This document shows positions 23,098 to 36,350 of a stretch of 64,000 nucleotides of DNA, piece after piece. The DNA comes from Ptychomitrium polyphyllum (Eukaryota), in the NCBI GenBank assembly GCA_973851085.1, contig OZ316775.1, positions 22,630,001-22,694,000 of the forward strand, given 5' to 3'. Below the pieces are notes generated by a model. The model was not told where the DNA came from. It saw only the letters and a list, made by a program, of their open reading frames with translations, and did not search any database. How positions within the stretch are numbered: position 1 is the first letter of the stretch; the number at the start of each line of letters is the position of its first letter. Position numbers and translations under genes: made by a program.

Positions 23098-25840
23098 TAC
23101 ATGATGATTCCCATGTATACATCAATTTCCTAAGGGCCTTGTATATTCATGTACATTTGTGTGATTTATTCATAACAGAGATCCGAAGTGTTTCTCTTAC
23201 TGTATATGCAGGCTTGTGCACAACTGCATTTGACTTTCTACAAGCACTTACCTAATGCTTCTGAGCTCTAGATTTTTATTGTAAGTGCAATATGAGAACT
23301 GAGCAGAGCTGCCAAAAAACAATGTGCAACAACCAACTGATTCTTGAATTATTAGAAAATTAATCCGTTCCTGGGAACAGCAGGTGCAGAATGAATGACC
23401 ATAGACGACTCACTTTCAGAAGACTTTGCTTGATAAAAATGTAACTTACCAGTCGGAGCAACTCAGGATTGTGGTGAGATCATACTTCGCTAATTTATAT
23501 ATGTAAGTTCAAACTGCAGTTGAAATATCAGTGACCATGAGAACCGCCCTTACATTGAGACAAAACATACACATCGCACAAACACAGACACACCCACAAT
23601 CACAAGCACGAAGAGAAACTGACGCGGAGTTTCGGAGTAACGATTTAGGGTTTAGGATTTCGACATCGTCAGCACCATCAATATGGATATCATGCCGATC
23701 GAGACCCAATTCCATCTGAGGATTGGGAATAGTGTGATGTTAATGTCCTGGCAGATGATCGATCGATCGATCGGGAGGGAGGGATGATAAGAGGGGTCGG
23801 GGTGGAACTATTTAGCATGCAGCCATTGCAGCAGGAGAGGACTTCTTGGGCTGTGGATTGCGGCCCCGAATGCCAACTCTCACTGCTGATTCTGCTCCAA
23901 ATTTTCATCGTAGTGTAGGTGGTGCTGCCATTACGGTACCTCTACAGCTGGCTGGATGACGGTCCCAAGTAGCAACTGGGTCGGCGTCGGCCTGCTGTTG
24001 TGGATGTGGACGCGCTTCGGATGAGGGACAACGATCTCCTTAGGGCCACTGAGTTGGCCACGCGGTTATTTGTGCCGAACAGTCTTCGTCCTCGCAACCT
24101 CTACGGGTAATTTCTGCTCCTGTGTAACACTCGGTCGTCATTGGCTTGTATGTACACTCCCAGCACAAATATATTCTTAAGCTCGCAGTGTCTGCGCTGA
24201 TCCCAATCAGACAAGGGTTCTCGTCAAGAACTGGGGGATGAAACGCAAAGTACTGGAATCAAATTGCGAATGTGATATTGTTATGAGACCTTTCTCTAGA
24301 TGTGGATGCTGCTGGAATTGATGGTCGAACTCTGCAAACGGTTGGTTAAAATTGAACTGATACAGTTTTATTTTTGTACTATGCGATGATTCTACAACCC
24401 CCCAGGTCAAGCAGATATTTGCTCCATAGTCTCCCCAATTGTGCACAAATCAGTTCCCCTAGGAATCACCTGGATATTGCAAGAACGAGAATAATGTGCA
24501 AGAGCTGCACAGTGAATCGGGATCAGTTCGAAAATTATCCGAGTGTTTAAAGTGTGTCAGTGAAGCATCTCTGGTGGTGGATGATGAATTCCGTGTAGGA
24601 TGGCTGGAAGAAACAAAGGGTTTCGATGGTCACATTATCCTACACCTGTACCATGCAGATGGCATAAATTCAGGGTGAGGGGTTTCATTATTTGGTGGCT
24701 GAGAAAATGAGCAATGTGGGCTACACTTTCGACTGCACAGTGTGGGAGCGAATATATCAAGCAAAGCCGTTTTGCATGTATGACGACTTTGACTGGAATA
24801 TCACTATATAGTGCTTTGTACACGTTATGTGGACCTCATATCACTGCAATTTACTTTGGAAAATGTGGACTGCACATGAGGTACAGCAAGTCAAATTCAT
24901 CTGATTATCTAGATTCGGCGTTGCATTTGGACAACCACTTTAGGATCATGGAGTGAGAGTGTTGATAAAAAGAAAATTATTAAGTAAAGGGTGGAGAGGT
25001 TGGGGAATAGGAGGGACCATTACCTTTGTCTGAGCATTTTGTGTGACAAGCCTCTAGATAGTACTTGTGAACAATGACGTTTCTGGAATTCCATTTCTTT
25101 CACCTCTTGTACCGTTGGATGGCTTTTTTCTGATAGGAGGGAATGTTAGCACGGGCATGGAGGAACTTGTTTCTACATTCCTCTCACTTTCTGAATTGGA
25201 AAGACATGGATTAAAAAGACATGAGAGTGGCCACACAAGTCGTCCGGATGGGATTTTTAGTTGCTTCATGATGCACAAGTCCATGTCAAGTTCCTGAGGG
25301 CCTTATATATATTCATGACATTATTCAGATGTGATTCATTCATTACAAAAATGTGAAGTGCACAATGATTTTACTAATTCAGACTTTGCCCAACAGATAC
25401 TGAAGTTACTCGTTCCATCAGTGCCTACTCAAAATATATCCGCAAGCGATCATGAGAACCCATGGCTAGAGAAGAAGATAGCACTCACAAGATCCAGAGT
25501 CTATACAGATTTGAATGGCGTTCAAGGACAAAGAAATCCAATATTCATATGCTGAATCTCAGAAGCTGCTTCGTACTTCAGTATGGCAATGCGATTGCGT
25601 GCGAAGTATACGAAGTTAGGGTTCTCATCTTGCAACCTGTGTCAATTGATACATTGAGGCTGTACAGTCGACAATAGAAGACTCTGTGCATGGTAAAAAT
25701 GGACTAATAATTGGAGCAACTCAGGGTTGTGGCGAGATCCATAAATTACCACATGCCATATACATCTCCTCGTTACATACTAGACCCAAATACTTACCTT
25801 CTCTATTACGCATGGTTCGATCAATTCAACTTCTCTAGCT

Positions 25841-27471
25841 CTACTTTAACTGCTGGTGCAAGCCACGCTTCTTCTCAGACACCCTCTCTAGTACTCCCTG
25901 CAATGAATCACAAGGGATTTGTCAACAAATTCTTGAAGAAGACCTAATTGCCAAAACAGGGTGTACAGTACAAGCCAAACGGATTTTCCCTTAGTTTAAA
26001 TGCATTATGCACATTCACTAAATACCTGCACATACAAATATCAATCACTGAAATGAGGCCAAATAAGATGAAGAAAATCCACTACCTTAATGGCAATGTC
26101 GAAAGCGTCAGTGAATTTCTTGAGTGGACGGCTACGGGGGTCAGCATACACCAAATTAGGTATAAGCTTAATAACGGTCTCACGCATTTGCTGTACCTTC
26201 TCGGGTGGGATATTACGCAGGACCGACTCAACGCTCAAAGTGCCTGCTCGAACATAGTTTTCCAAAATGAAGACCGAGTAATCACTCTGATTCTTCGGCA
26301 AATGCCAGGCATATCCAGAGTAGGAGTCCTGATGAAAGAAGACGGGAATGCAACCCGCCATCATGGAATCAAAGATACTCTTCCGTGTCGCAGAGTCGCC
26401 TTGCGGTTGCAAACAGAAATGCGAATCTTCGAAGAGCTTCATCACGGGCTGCGGCGAGAAACACGCTCCCCCGTCGCAGGTAAGGAGCTCACAGAACGGC
26501 GATTGGCGGCACTGGTCGATCAGGTGGCCGCGAATCAACCGCGGCTGATTGTTCTTCTTGCCACCGGCAAAAGAGAATAAGTACTTGCGCTCAAAACCTC
26601 GCACTTTCTCCTGCCAGGCATGAATCTCCTCATCGGACGATGGGTGGAAGTTGCTCGGGTAAGGGATAGCAGCGTCTATTGTGTCCCACTCGTTGGCCTC
26701 GACCACCAGCGTCGTCATGTTCTGCATCGCCGGTAGAGTAAGCAGATTATTCCCCCAACCTGGCCCCTCGCGCCGAAAGTCCCACGTGATTCTCCCTCCG
26801 ATCATGAAGTGGTCGTGGCCGTGATATGCGTTCCACTGCGGCTGCGCGAGTAGCCATTCTTCGAGCTTCCTCGGGCTAGCATCACGAAGCGCCAGGTCAT
26901 TCTCCTTGAGAGTGCGATGCGCCTCGAGGCCTGCGTAGTAGGGGACAAAAATGGCGGCAGCTTTTGTTGGGTCTTGGGTTAGGCAATCGTACTGCTTGAT
27001 CCGGTTGTGGAAGATGACCTCCAAAGCGAACTGGAACGTCTTGAACCATCCCGTACGGGGGAATATGTCGGTCTGGTCGTCGGGGATTGCGGTGCCGAGG
27101 CCGGCGTTAGAAAGCGTTGCGCACATGTTCAGTGATCCTTTCATGAGGTGGCACTCGGAGAGGAGCTGCTCGTTGAACTCTCGCGGGACGGGGTAGATGT
27201 AAACATATCTGTCTTGGCAGACGCCAGTTGCGAAGTGGGAAGTTGATGCCGCGGAGGAGTTTAGGGAGTGGCAGTAGCACAACAGAGAAATGACCGCTAA
27301 GCAGGCCGTCATTAGGAGAATCCGGTTGCGCAAATCGGGCGACAGTACTATTCCGTCGTAGTTCCTAAGTTTCGACAGTTTTGCCTTGAGAAATCGCTTC
27401 TTCATGAGTCCCGGAAACATTTTGTCAAGGTTGGTTGTCGTCCAAACTCTGTTGCGAAGTTTTTCTAACAT
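25841..27471 (-). CDS. GT47 (exostosin) xyloglucan side-chain glycosyltransferase, MUR3/KATAMARI1/XLT2-like; exons 27471-26086, 25897-25841
   Basis: Type II membrane anchor (ILLMTACLAVISLLCYC) and motifs CQDRYVYIY, QFALEVIFHNR, FVPYYAGL, GHDHFMIGGRITWDFRR, FCLQPQGDSATRKSIFDSMMAGCIPVFF. The short last exon GVLERVSEKK... follows AAG|GTAGTG...CAG. Confidence 0.93.
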
Positions 27472-30400
27472 CGTCAACCAGAATATCAATACTCAGTACT
27501 CCCACATTGGCACCCAGCTAGAACGGCGGTACTCCCTTTGGTTCTCTCTTCGTGGCGATGAATAAACGAAAGATCAATGCAGCTGACCATATGGTCATTA
27601 CTCTAGGTTCGCAATAGCCATTACCCTGCACATGAAGACCATTCTGTATCAAAGAAACCTAACAATATCTGAGAAGCACTAGCTTTGGTATTCTGTCAAC
27701 AGTGCTACATTATGCTGCAAAGGGTGGACATTGAGATTGTTACCGTCGAAATTAGCTTGAAGATATTCGTTAGCTTGAAGATATTCGCAAAATTATCATT
27801 ATCCACATAATTCTAGTTCTTACCTAGAAATAGATGTACGTACGGTGAATCTCCCACATGCGGCTACCACAAGTATTGCTGAATTATACGAGTCAGCTGA
27901 CTGCTCCCTCCAAAATGAAGCTCCTTCTACAAGGTACTTCCTACAGCTGCCCACGTCGAAGACTCCGCCGACCAACATGCAGCAACACAAAGCCAGATAG
28001 ATTCAAACTGCCAAACACAAGAAGCCATTGTAACATTGAGCTCAATATCCGCTCACTAAGTAATTCACTAATAATATGGATCAAAGTTGGAGAAGGCGAT
28101 TGCAGTCCCAGAACTGAAAGTTCGAACCCACTACATTACAAAAATGTCGTCTGCAGCGACGTCGCCCTAACAACGTCAACACGAAATTATGAAAAAGGCG
28201 GGGTGTAGTAGGTGTGTGCAGCACCAGTCTGAACCGGGGTAGGTACGAGCCTGACTTCTCGGTGGCAACGCACCTTGAGAGATTTTGGCAGCAGCATGAT
28301 TACAGAAAATAATAAAGCGTGCCTCGGAAAGTCCTTAGCATTCAATTCGTACACTTCCGACTTCCTGCTACGATCGACAATCACCGGCCTAGCCTATCGG
28401 TTCGAACTTTGAAAAGCCAAGACCAAATGGGTTAAACTCAGTGGAGTTACCCAGATACACAAGGTTTTGTTGGATCATATCAACGTGGTGCACCTGTTCA
28501 ATAAATTGGACAACTCACAACGCAGCTGCTATTCCGCCACCACCGCCGCTGCCATATCAGTGCGTAACTAAAGATAGCAGACATGACTGGTGACGACTGA
28601 AGCAGACGGGATGTAAAGATTGCCACCACTCCACAAAGCTTCCGTGGAGTGACATGCATTGCGCTCCTTGGCAGGTGTCGGCATAACTGCATCACTCTCG
28701 TTTCCTGCATGGCCTTGGTTTCATGCTCGTGGCGAACCACTGCAGCATCAAGTGCAAGGCCTCAGAAGGAGCTCAGGGTGATTAACACACCTTTTTCACC
28801 AAGCACCCTTCGTTTTGTGGTAAAGACACTTTGATGCCTTAAAGAGTGAGTGTGTTGGCTCTCGCTCGTTTCCCTTTCCCTAGCACCATTCGGCAACTTT
28901 TCCCCTGTAAAAGAATCCCATTAAGCAAGGTGGGTATCTCATGGGAAGGAATCAAATTATCATCCATCATGGCGCCTTTGTATCCTTAGGTACTACAGTA
29001 CCTTACACCCTGGATAGTTTACAGTCATCTTGAAGCGACTCTTGCTTTTGGTAATATACTTGTGTTTGTTTTACAACATCATCTGGGTTATCAAGTGAGT
29101 CACACAGTAATGTCAATTACTTATTAATTGGGTTAATTGGGTATCCTTTAAATAGTAAATATTATGGGTTTTAAGCTTCATTGCCAAACAGGATACAGAT
29201 TGAAACATCATTTGAGGATGCTTTTCAAAAATGTAAAGTATTTTCAAAACACCATTCAAATTTATAAGTTAAAATATTGCATGATTAGAAAAAGTAGTTT
29301 TTATCAATTTTATTTGATTTGTATTGTACATATTAAAAACTAAATAAATGAGGAATATTCGAAAGTAAACACATTGATATTGTAAATTATTGAAAAAAAA
29401 AGCTCTAATAAACAATTTCTTAAATTTGATAAATTATTTTTATTATTGTTAGAATTTCATCATTTCGAGAATTTATACTTTTATTTTAAATTAATCTTAA
29501 GTAGATTCAAGTGAACAATGACAAATTTTCATTTTCAACATTATTTCAATATTTAAAAATCAAATACATAAGTTAAAGAACATAGTAATGATTATAATAA
29601 ATTTAAGTGTTAAAATATGATTTACAACTACAACTTTGAATTATATAATAATTCTATTCAATTAAGTTATCAATCATATTCTTAACCATCTTTAAAATGT
29701 GCTATTTCATTTGATTTAAAAAAATTAACAAGTCACATCAAATAAAATTTGGTAAATAAATTAATCTTTTTTTCTATAAATTCTTCTACTTTGTATATGT
29801 TTACTTAGCAAAGTTTATTTCATTAAAATTTTATAGATGTAAGTAGTTTATTCAATCAAAGTTTATATCTTTGTAAGTGCAAATATGCTAAAAAGCTAAA
29901 GTTATTAAGAAGAGGTGAATGTATATTAGATGCATATTGTATTGTAACATAATACAAAAAAGAGCTATTGTTACTTTACAAACAAAATCCAATGTGCATA
30001 CTTTTAATAATCATTGAAACAAAAAGTATTATTCTTACCACTCATATTACTTTGTATACTACAATGATTGTTTGATTTTGAATTTGATGGAGCATTTTTC
30101 TTCTTTATTCCAAAAAATGTTAAATTAGGCAATATAAATACTATAGTAGAGCTACGTAGTTTATATTAATTTATATTTTAGATTTAAAATTATTTCCATC
30201 TATAATTTGGTACTATTTTCATCAAAATACATTCATTTCATTCAATAATTAATACAAAGTAGAAGTCATTTTGATTAAATAATACTGATTATTCAAAAAA
30301 ATTAAGCTATTTATAATAAAATTGTACAATTAGAAAAAATTTAGCCAACAATATTTGCTCTAAGTTCAAACCTTAGATATTTAAGTCATTTGCCATTTTC

Positions 30401-31755
30401 TTTATACAATATGATGTCTACAAATTATATATTAATCAAATAAGATTTTTTAAAATTTTTAAAAATAACGTATTTGTTTCATAAATAGTAAGGTTGTTAT
30501 GGACCTCATTCAAAATTCAATAGTTAAATCTTCAAATTAAACTTCTTTTGTAATTAAAATTTCCAAATTCTAATTTGTAATTATTTGCAATGTAAAGTAG
30601 ATTCTTATAAAATGTGCAACATTTAAATCTTATATTTCCAAGTTGTTTGATGAATATTTGAAGTAGAAGCCTTGAATCTACTATGTGTCAATGCCATGTT
30701 TACTTCATTGATTTTAATTATTACTACAATGTATTTTTTTTCTAGTAGAATTATTGTTTGTCTTTTGAAAAAAAATTATTATAATGAATTTCATTATTAA
30801 AGCATGTGTCAATAATAAGATTGTGTAAGCAATTCTTGTGAACAATTGTTTAAAGACTAAAAATAATAAATACTACAATAAACCTAATATTTTTTTTTAA
30901 ATTATTCCTAATTTAGAATTTTTTTATTTTTTATTTTTTAGAATCTAGATTTTTTTTTGAATATCTATAATTGTGGAAATTATAAAGTTGTTATTAATAG
31001 AAGAGTCAAATTAGAACTTGAGAAGCTTTTAGATATTTTAGCATAAAAAGCAAATTTTGACTTCAATTACAATTTTAAATTATTTGAAGGCAATGACATT
31101 TTACTAACAACGTAGTGCAAAGGTATTTCCAAAACAAATAACTGGTCCTTTTCAAACAGTTAGAAGAACAAATGGCTCTAATGATAAGGTTTATATTTGC
31201 TTTGGAATCATTTATGATTTTTATATTTGGTCTTTAAAGATACATGGTTTCTATGAATGAATGGAGTATAATAATATATACTAATAGATGATAGGATATA
31301 TGGCTTTAAGCCTACAATAATGATTGTACAATTACAAATTTAGTAAAGAAGATTCTAAATATAGAGGAATAACAGCAACAAACTACATAAAGTTGAAAGC
31401 ACATTTATAATTCTGTATTTTAATCATGTAGAATGAAAGAAGTCCAAATTGTCAATTGAGAAGATGATTGAGCATCTCTTCTACAAGACTTTTTTTGGCT
31501 TTTTTGAAGTTAAGGCTTTGAATATGGATGTATTAATCTCCCTTGGTATCAAAGCTTATAAATGATACAATAGATGTGGTAGATATGGTTGCAATTTATC
31601 TACGCTTGTTTCATACAAAATAACTTCATTTTCATTTTTGTAACGTCTAGACAAGTGTATTTTGAGGATGTATCCAAAGTTAAAATGCACTTTTTTTACA
31701 TATTGGATTTCTCTACAATAAGATGGAAAATGTAGGCAAGTTCAAGTATGGGAAT

Positions 31756-31860
31756 TATTCAGGACATAAAAAACAAGACGTATATCTAAAGACGTTTCTA
31801 AGAATTAACTTTAAAGGAATTAATGATTAACAAGAATTGATACTAAGATTTAAATAAGGG
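31756..31860 (-). repeat. Short degraded fragment of a family A LTR 3' end
   Basis: GGACATAAAAAACAAG...AATTAACTTT...TAATGATTAACAAGAATTGATAC matches the reverse complement of the end of LTR 1633-2141. Confidence 0.65.
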
Positions 31861-32551
31861 TATAATACTATCACCACCCTACCGAGTCTCACAGACATAT
31901 ATGATAGAAGTGTAAATTTTTTTTGACAAGGTTAGGAAACTTCTAAGGAAGTTACCTTAACTAAAGATGCTTCTAAAGAAGTTACCATGGCTTAGGAAGC
32001 TTGAAAAGAAGCAATTCAAGGTTGCTTTAGTACAAAGCAATATACAAGAAGCTTCTTAAAAAGCTTTCAAGGCTTGTAGTTCTAAGATATACAGAAGTCA
32101 AGGTTGGAAGGATCTTCGGTCTCAAAAACACATATCTTGTGGTCTAGTTCAAACCTTCTGGCTCTATCTTTGTACCTTGTTCAAAAGCCTTGCTTTAATA
32201 GATTCAGAAGCCTTTGCTTGCTTTATTAACAATAAATTTATGAAAACTCATAATATCTATTTTATTACAAAATCCAAACTTGTCCATGTAGAGATTATAG
32301 ATGGTCAATTATTATTTTACTAAGATGTTATTCATGAGACTACTCCATATACAGTCACATTGGACAATCATAGTAGCCAAGTGATATTTAATGTCATAAG
32401 GTCTTTGTCAAGGCCCATCATTCTAAGACTTTCTTGGCTTTAAAAGTACAACCCGTAGATAAATTGGGCATTTCACAAAATAAAATTTCCAAGACTAAAA
32501 TTTATAACTAATAAGTCGAGGGAAGAAGCTAAAGTATTTTACAAATTTAAA

Positions 32552-33713
32552 TATTGCAACCTTTGTAATGCACCTTAACAAACGTCACACACATCAACCA
32601 TATACACCTCCATATGCACATGGTTAACTTCCATTTTCACTCTCCAAGTCCCAAGCTTGGTTTTTAATTTTTTCTACCATTTATATTAGGACATCCAATT
32701 GATTAATAGCCAATGGTTAGGTGTGGACTTCCATTTATGTCCAAGGCCTCACTTAGTGTTACTTCCATTCCACACGGCCTAACTATACTTACTGGTGTTT
32801 CCTCACCACTATTCATGATCCCCATGTGATCCTAAGGTCACCCTAGGCCACCATGGTGCCGGCGTGAAGACACCACTCCAATTTAGTGGTAACAAGCATT
32901 TCTTTTTTATCTCACTAGTTCCTTTCATAAAATCAGTCATCCACGTGCTCACAATGGTGTGGAAGTCCCCATGGTGAAGCCCCAACACTAGTTCCATCTA
33001 CTAGAACTCACCCTCGATTCCTACCGAGATACTATGGAAGTGGAGAAGGAGACTAGCCTTCTCCTATAGTACTCTTTGTGGGATTTGGTAGGCCCCTTGG
33101 CCCTCTATAGCTGGCTGAACTCCAACGCACCCACTACTTTGGAAGACCACCCAATCTCTCTTGGGACTTAGCTGTTGGAAGCCTCTGGAACTTCCTTCGG
33201 ACCTTCAGAGAGCCATATCTTCCACGTTTGTTCTCTGAATCTATCAAATGACCACTTTATTGTCATTTACTCTTTGCGTAGATGCCAATAGATTCTTCAA
33301 ACATCCGATTTAACTTAATATTTTGAGAAATATGCCTCTTCCAAGGTTTGGGTTTTGGAAAGTCCTTCCCTGCACTGTCCTAGTCCAGCACAGTCACAAT
33401 TTAGGGCTGCCATAGTCCAAAATAGCCCTTGGCAGCTCCAACTTTGGGATGCCATATCTTTTAGCTTCCTTGTCCGATTTGAGCGATCTTTAGCATTCTA
33501 GAATCAACTTGTCCTGTGTCTTCCAATGCCTATAATGTCTCTCTTGTGGCCCTCAGTCCACATGGATAAGGATGTTTCTCCTCTTTGGGATCTTTTCCAT
33601 GCTAGGCCCACTTGGGTCACCTCACTATCGACGCTACAAGTCCCAAACGTTACTTTGGAATCTCCCTTGTGCCTTTAGTGTTGCGGGCACTCCTCAAGGA
33701 GAGGTGCGCAACA
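32552..33713. mobile_element. Solo LTR (family C, 1162 bp) inserted in gypsy pol
   Basis: Reverse-complement homolog of 53240-54384. Termini TATTGCAACC...GTGCGCAACA, flanks TTAAA/ATAAA (5-bp TSD, 1 mismatch). Host pol sequence resumes after it. Confidence 0.9.
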
Positions 33714-33932
33714 ATAAAGCCTCTCTTTATTGGTGTTAGAGTATTTATGAGAGCAGCAAAGGCTGGTGCTTCTTTTGCTGTATATGCAACTCCAATGTCC
33801 AAAGTTGTGGATTCATTATCAACCATTCTAAAAAAATTTAAGGAATTTAACAATATATTTGAAAAGAAGAATGCAGACGCCATACTAGGACATCGTTTCT
33901 ACAATTGTACCATAGATTATTAAGATGGCGCC

Positions 33933-34536
33933 TGTTAGGAACATAAGAAATTAAAAGCAAAAATGAAGTGTTTCAGAAGAATTAACTTCCAAAGAACTAA
34001 TGATTAACAAGAACTTGATACAAAGACTAAAACAAGGTAGGATACAAGATTATCTACAACTTATATTGGTAAGACTAAGGAATATCTTATCTTGCCTCCT
34101 ATTTATACTATGATGCTTGTGTCTCCTAAGATACTTCTAAAAAAAGCTTTCTACAAGGTTTAAGAATATTTTATAAGGGTATGGAACCTTCTTAAAAAGT
34201 TTTTTAAGATGTTGGAAACTTCTTAGGAAACTTCTAAAGAACTGGAATCTTCCTTAGTAATTTCCTAAGATGGTGGAATCTTTTTAGGAAGTTTTCTAAA
34301 GAGCTAGAACATTTCTAGGAAGTTTTCTAAAGAGATAGAACCTTCCTAGGAAGTTTTTTGAGGTGATGGAACCTTTTTAGGAAGTTTCCTAAGGTAAAAG
34401 AATTTTTCTAGGAAATTTTTTAAAAATGTAGAAACGGCTATGGAGACATTTGAAAGTATTTTAAGAAACTATTATAATATATTAGAAGATTCTAGAAGGT
34501 TCCAATGACTATGTTGTATGATCTATGTCCGTGACA
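33933..34536 (-). mobile_element. Solo LTR, family A (604 bp)
   Basis: TGTTAGGAAC...TCCGTGACA is the reverse complement of LTR 1633-2141, with a perfect 5-bp TSD GCGCC on both sides. Confidence 0.93.
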
Positions 34537-35782
34537 GCGCCTAATGACTATTTGAACCTATCTATAATTTATCTCAAAATGAGCTTTTAATACTATAGGG
34601 AATATATTGATGAAAACTTAGTTAAGAACTTCATTTGACATTCAAAGTTTCTTGTTAATGCTCTGTTACTATTTGTAAAGAAAAAAGATGGATCTTTAAA
34701 AATGAGTGTCAATTACCGCAATTTCAATAATGTGACAGAACCGGTACTTCTTGCCACTAATATTTAGGTTCCTTGATCAACTTGGCCAAACAAAGATCTT
34801 TATTAAAATAGATATGTGAGAAGCCTACAATTTAAAGTGCATAAAAAAATGAGACTAATGGAAGACAACATTTTAAATAAGGTAAGGACATTTTGAATAC
34901 AATGTTATGCCTTTTGGACTTACCAAAGCACCCGCTAGTTTTGAGCACCTCATAAATGACATATTTTGGAAGTACCTTAGTGATTTAATCGTATGCTATT
35001 TGGATGATATCTTGATCTATTCAAAGAATTCAAAAGAACATAAAAGACATGTCCATATAGTCCCACAAAAGCTACAAGATGCTGATTTGTTTGCCAAGCT
35101 GGAAACATATATAATCCATAGGCCTCAAGTGTTTGGTGCCAAATATTCCTTTTTAATATAATATATATTTTCCACAATATATCTACTTCAAATCTTGGAA
35201 GATATCATTCATCATGTGTTGGAAGACTATAGGAGCATTAGTAAGGCCAAAAGGCATGACATTGTATTGAAAATGGCCATACCTAGATTAAAAGGGTGTC
35301 TTCCATTTGTCTCTTTCTTTAATGCAAACAAGATTGTTGGCTCCTCTAAGATTAATCTTGGTGAATATCTTTTTTGGGCCAAGTTGTTGTACAAGTCCTA
35401 AAATTAAAAGTAATAGGTAGTGATTCTTTTTGGTCACTTTATTGAGGCCTCAATAATCCACGCACATACGTAAGGATCCATCTGTCTTCTTTATAAATAT
35501 GATGGATGCTCCAGTAGGTAATTTAGAGTGTTGGATGAAGCCATTTCCAAGGTTTTCATCAATATATTCTCTCAAGGCAGTCAACTCGGTTTGTGATAAG
35601 TTATAAATAGGTCCAAAAGGAGGTTGGTGCTTAAGTGATATGTCTGCATTCTTCTTTTCAAAAAACTCTTTATAATTTTAATATAGACGAAGTATGTTTC
35701 GATTAGTTTCTATCATAAAGTTGGACCTTGGTGTGGCATGAATGGCATAGATTGGTTCATCTTTTGCTGCTCTTATAAATGC

Positions 35783-36350
35783 TATTAAAGTCTATACCAG
35801 TTAAGGTCCATAATTACTAAGTAATCAATAACTTGATAGTTTCTTATCAAAAATTCTTATTTAAGAAAGATTAGCTACACCAATATTATGATCGATAATT
35901 ACCAAGGATAGTGAGGCTTGGTTGTTCCTTATTAGAGAGTCTTGATCTAGGAAAATCAATCTATATGAATTAATAGTTGATACTACTGAATAGAAGAGAT
36001 ATGGTATTTTTAAGGAGAAAACTATAAACTACTATAGAACTTGCTGAAATGAAAAACCCTACATATAAACATATACTCAAAGACAAAATTAATAAATAAA
36101 TCAAAAGATGGAGTGTAGAACTTGTTTCATAAAAAAAGCCAAATACAACTTACCCTCAATTTTCTTGATTGAGGATTTAAATACTAGATTTAAGATTCTA
36201 TAAAAGTGATCTACATTTGTTTGTCTGAACTAACAGATTATTATTATCATCTGGTAGTTATTGTTGGAGGATATCTGATAGTACCCATAGACTAAGATTG
36301 GTAGAAAATATTTGGTAGTATTGGATATAACACTCAGTAGCTCGATAATA
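35783..36350. mobile_element. Nested ~570-bp insertion, probably a heavily deaminated solo LTR of a fourth family
   Basis: Interrupts the host codons FIGAKAFI|RAAK. Flanked by AATGC on both sides (extendable to ATAAATGC). Termini TATT...AATA are consistent with mutated TGTT...AACA. Confidence 0.75.

Larger units (their letters stand above)
31887..35130 (+). mobile_element. Decayed gypsy element: family B LTR fragment fused to protease and RT remnants, interrupted by two solo LTRs
   Basis: 31887-32182 resembles LTR 4945-5365. It is followed by protease ALIDSEAFACFI, then [36 protein letters not shown] and YLDDILIYS. Gag is absent and the sequence is truncated after the RT core. Confidence 0.88.

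Noticed and set aside
34180..34420. Regularly spaced palindromic repeats that look CRISPR-like
   Set aside because: Tandem units inside an LTR with no unique spacers and no cas genes, in a eukaryotic context.
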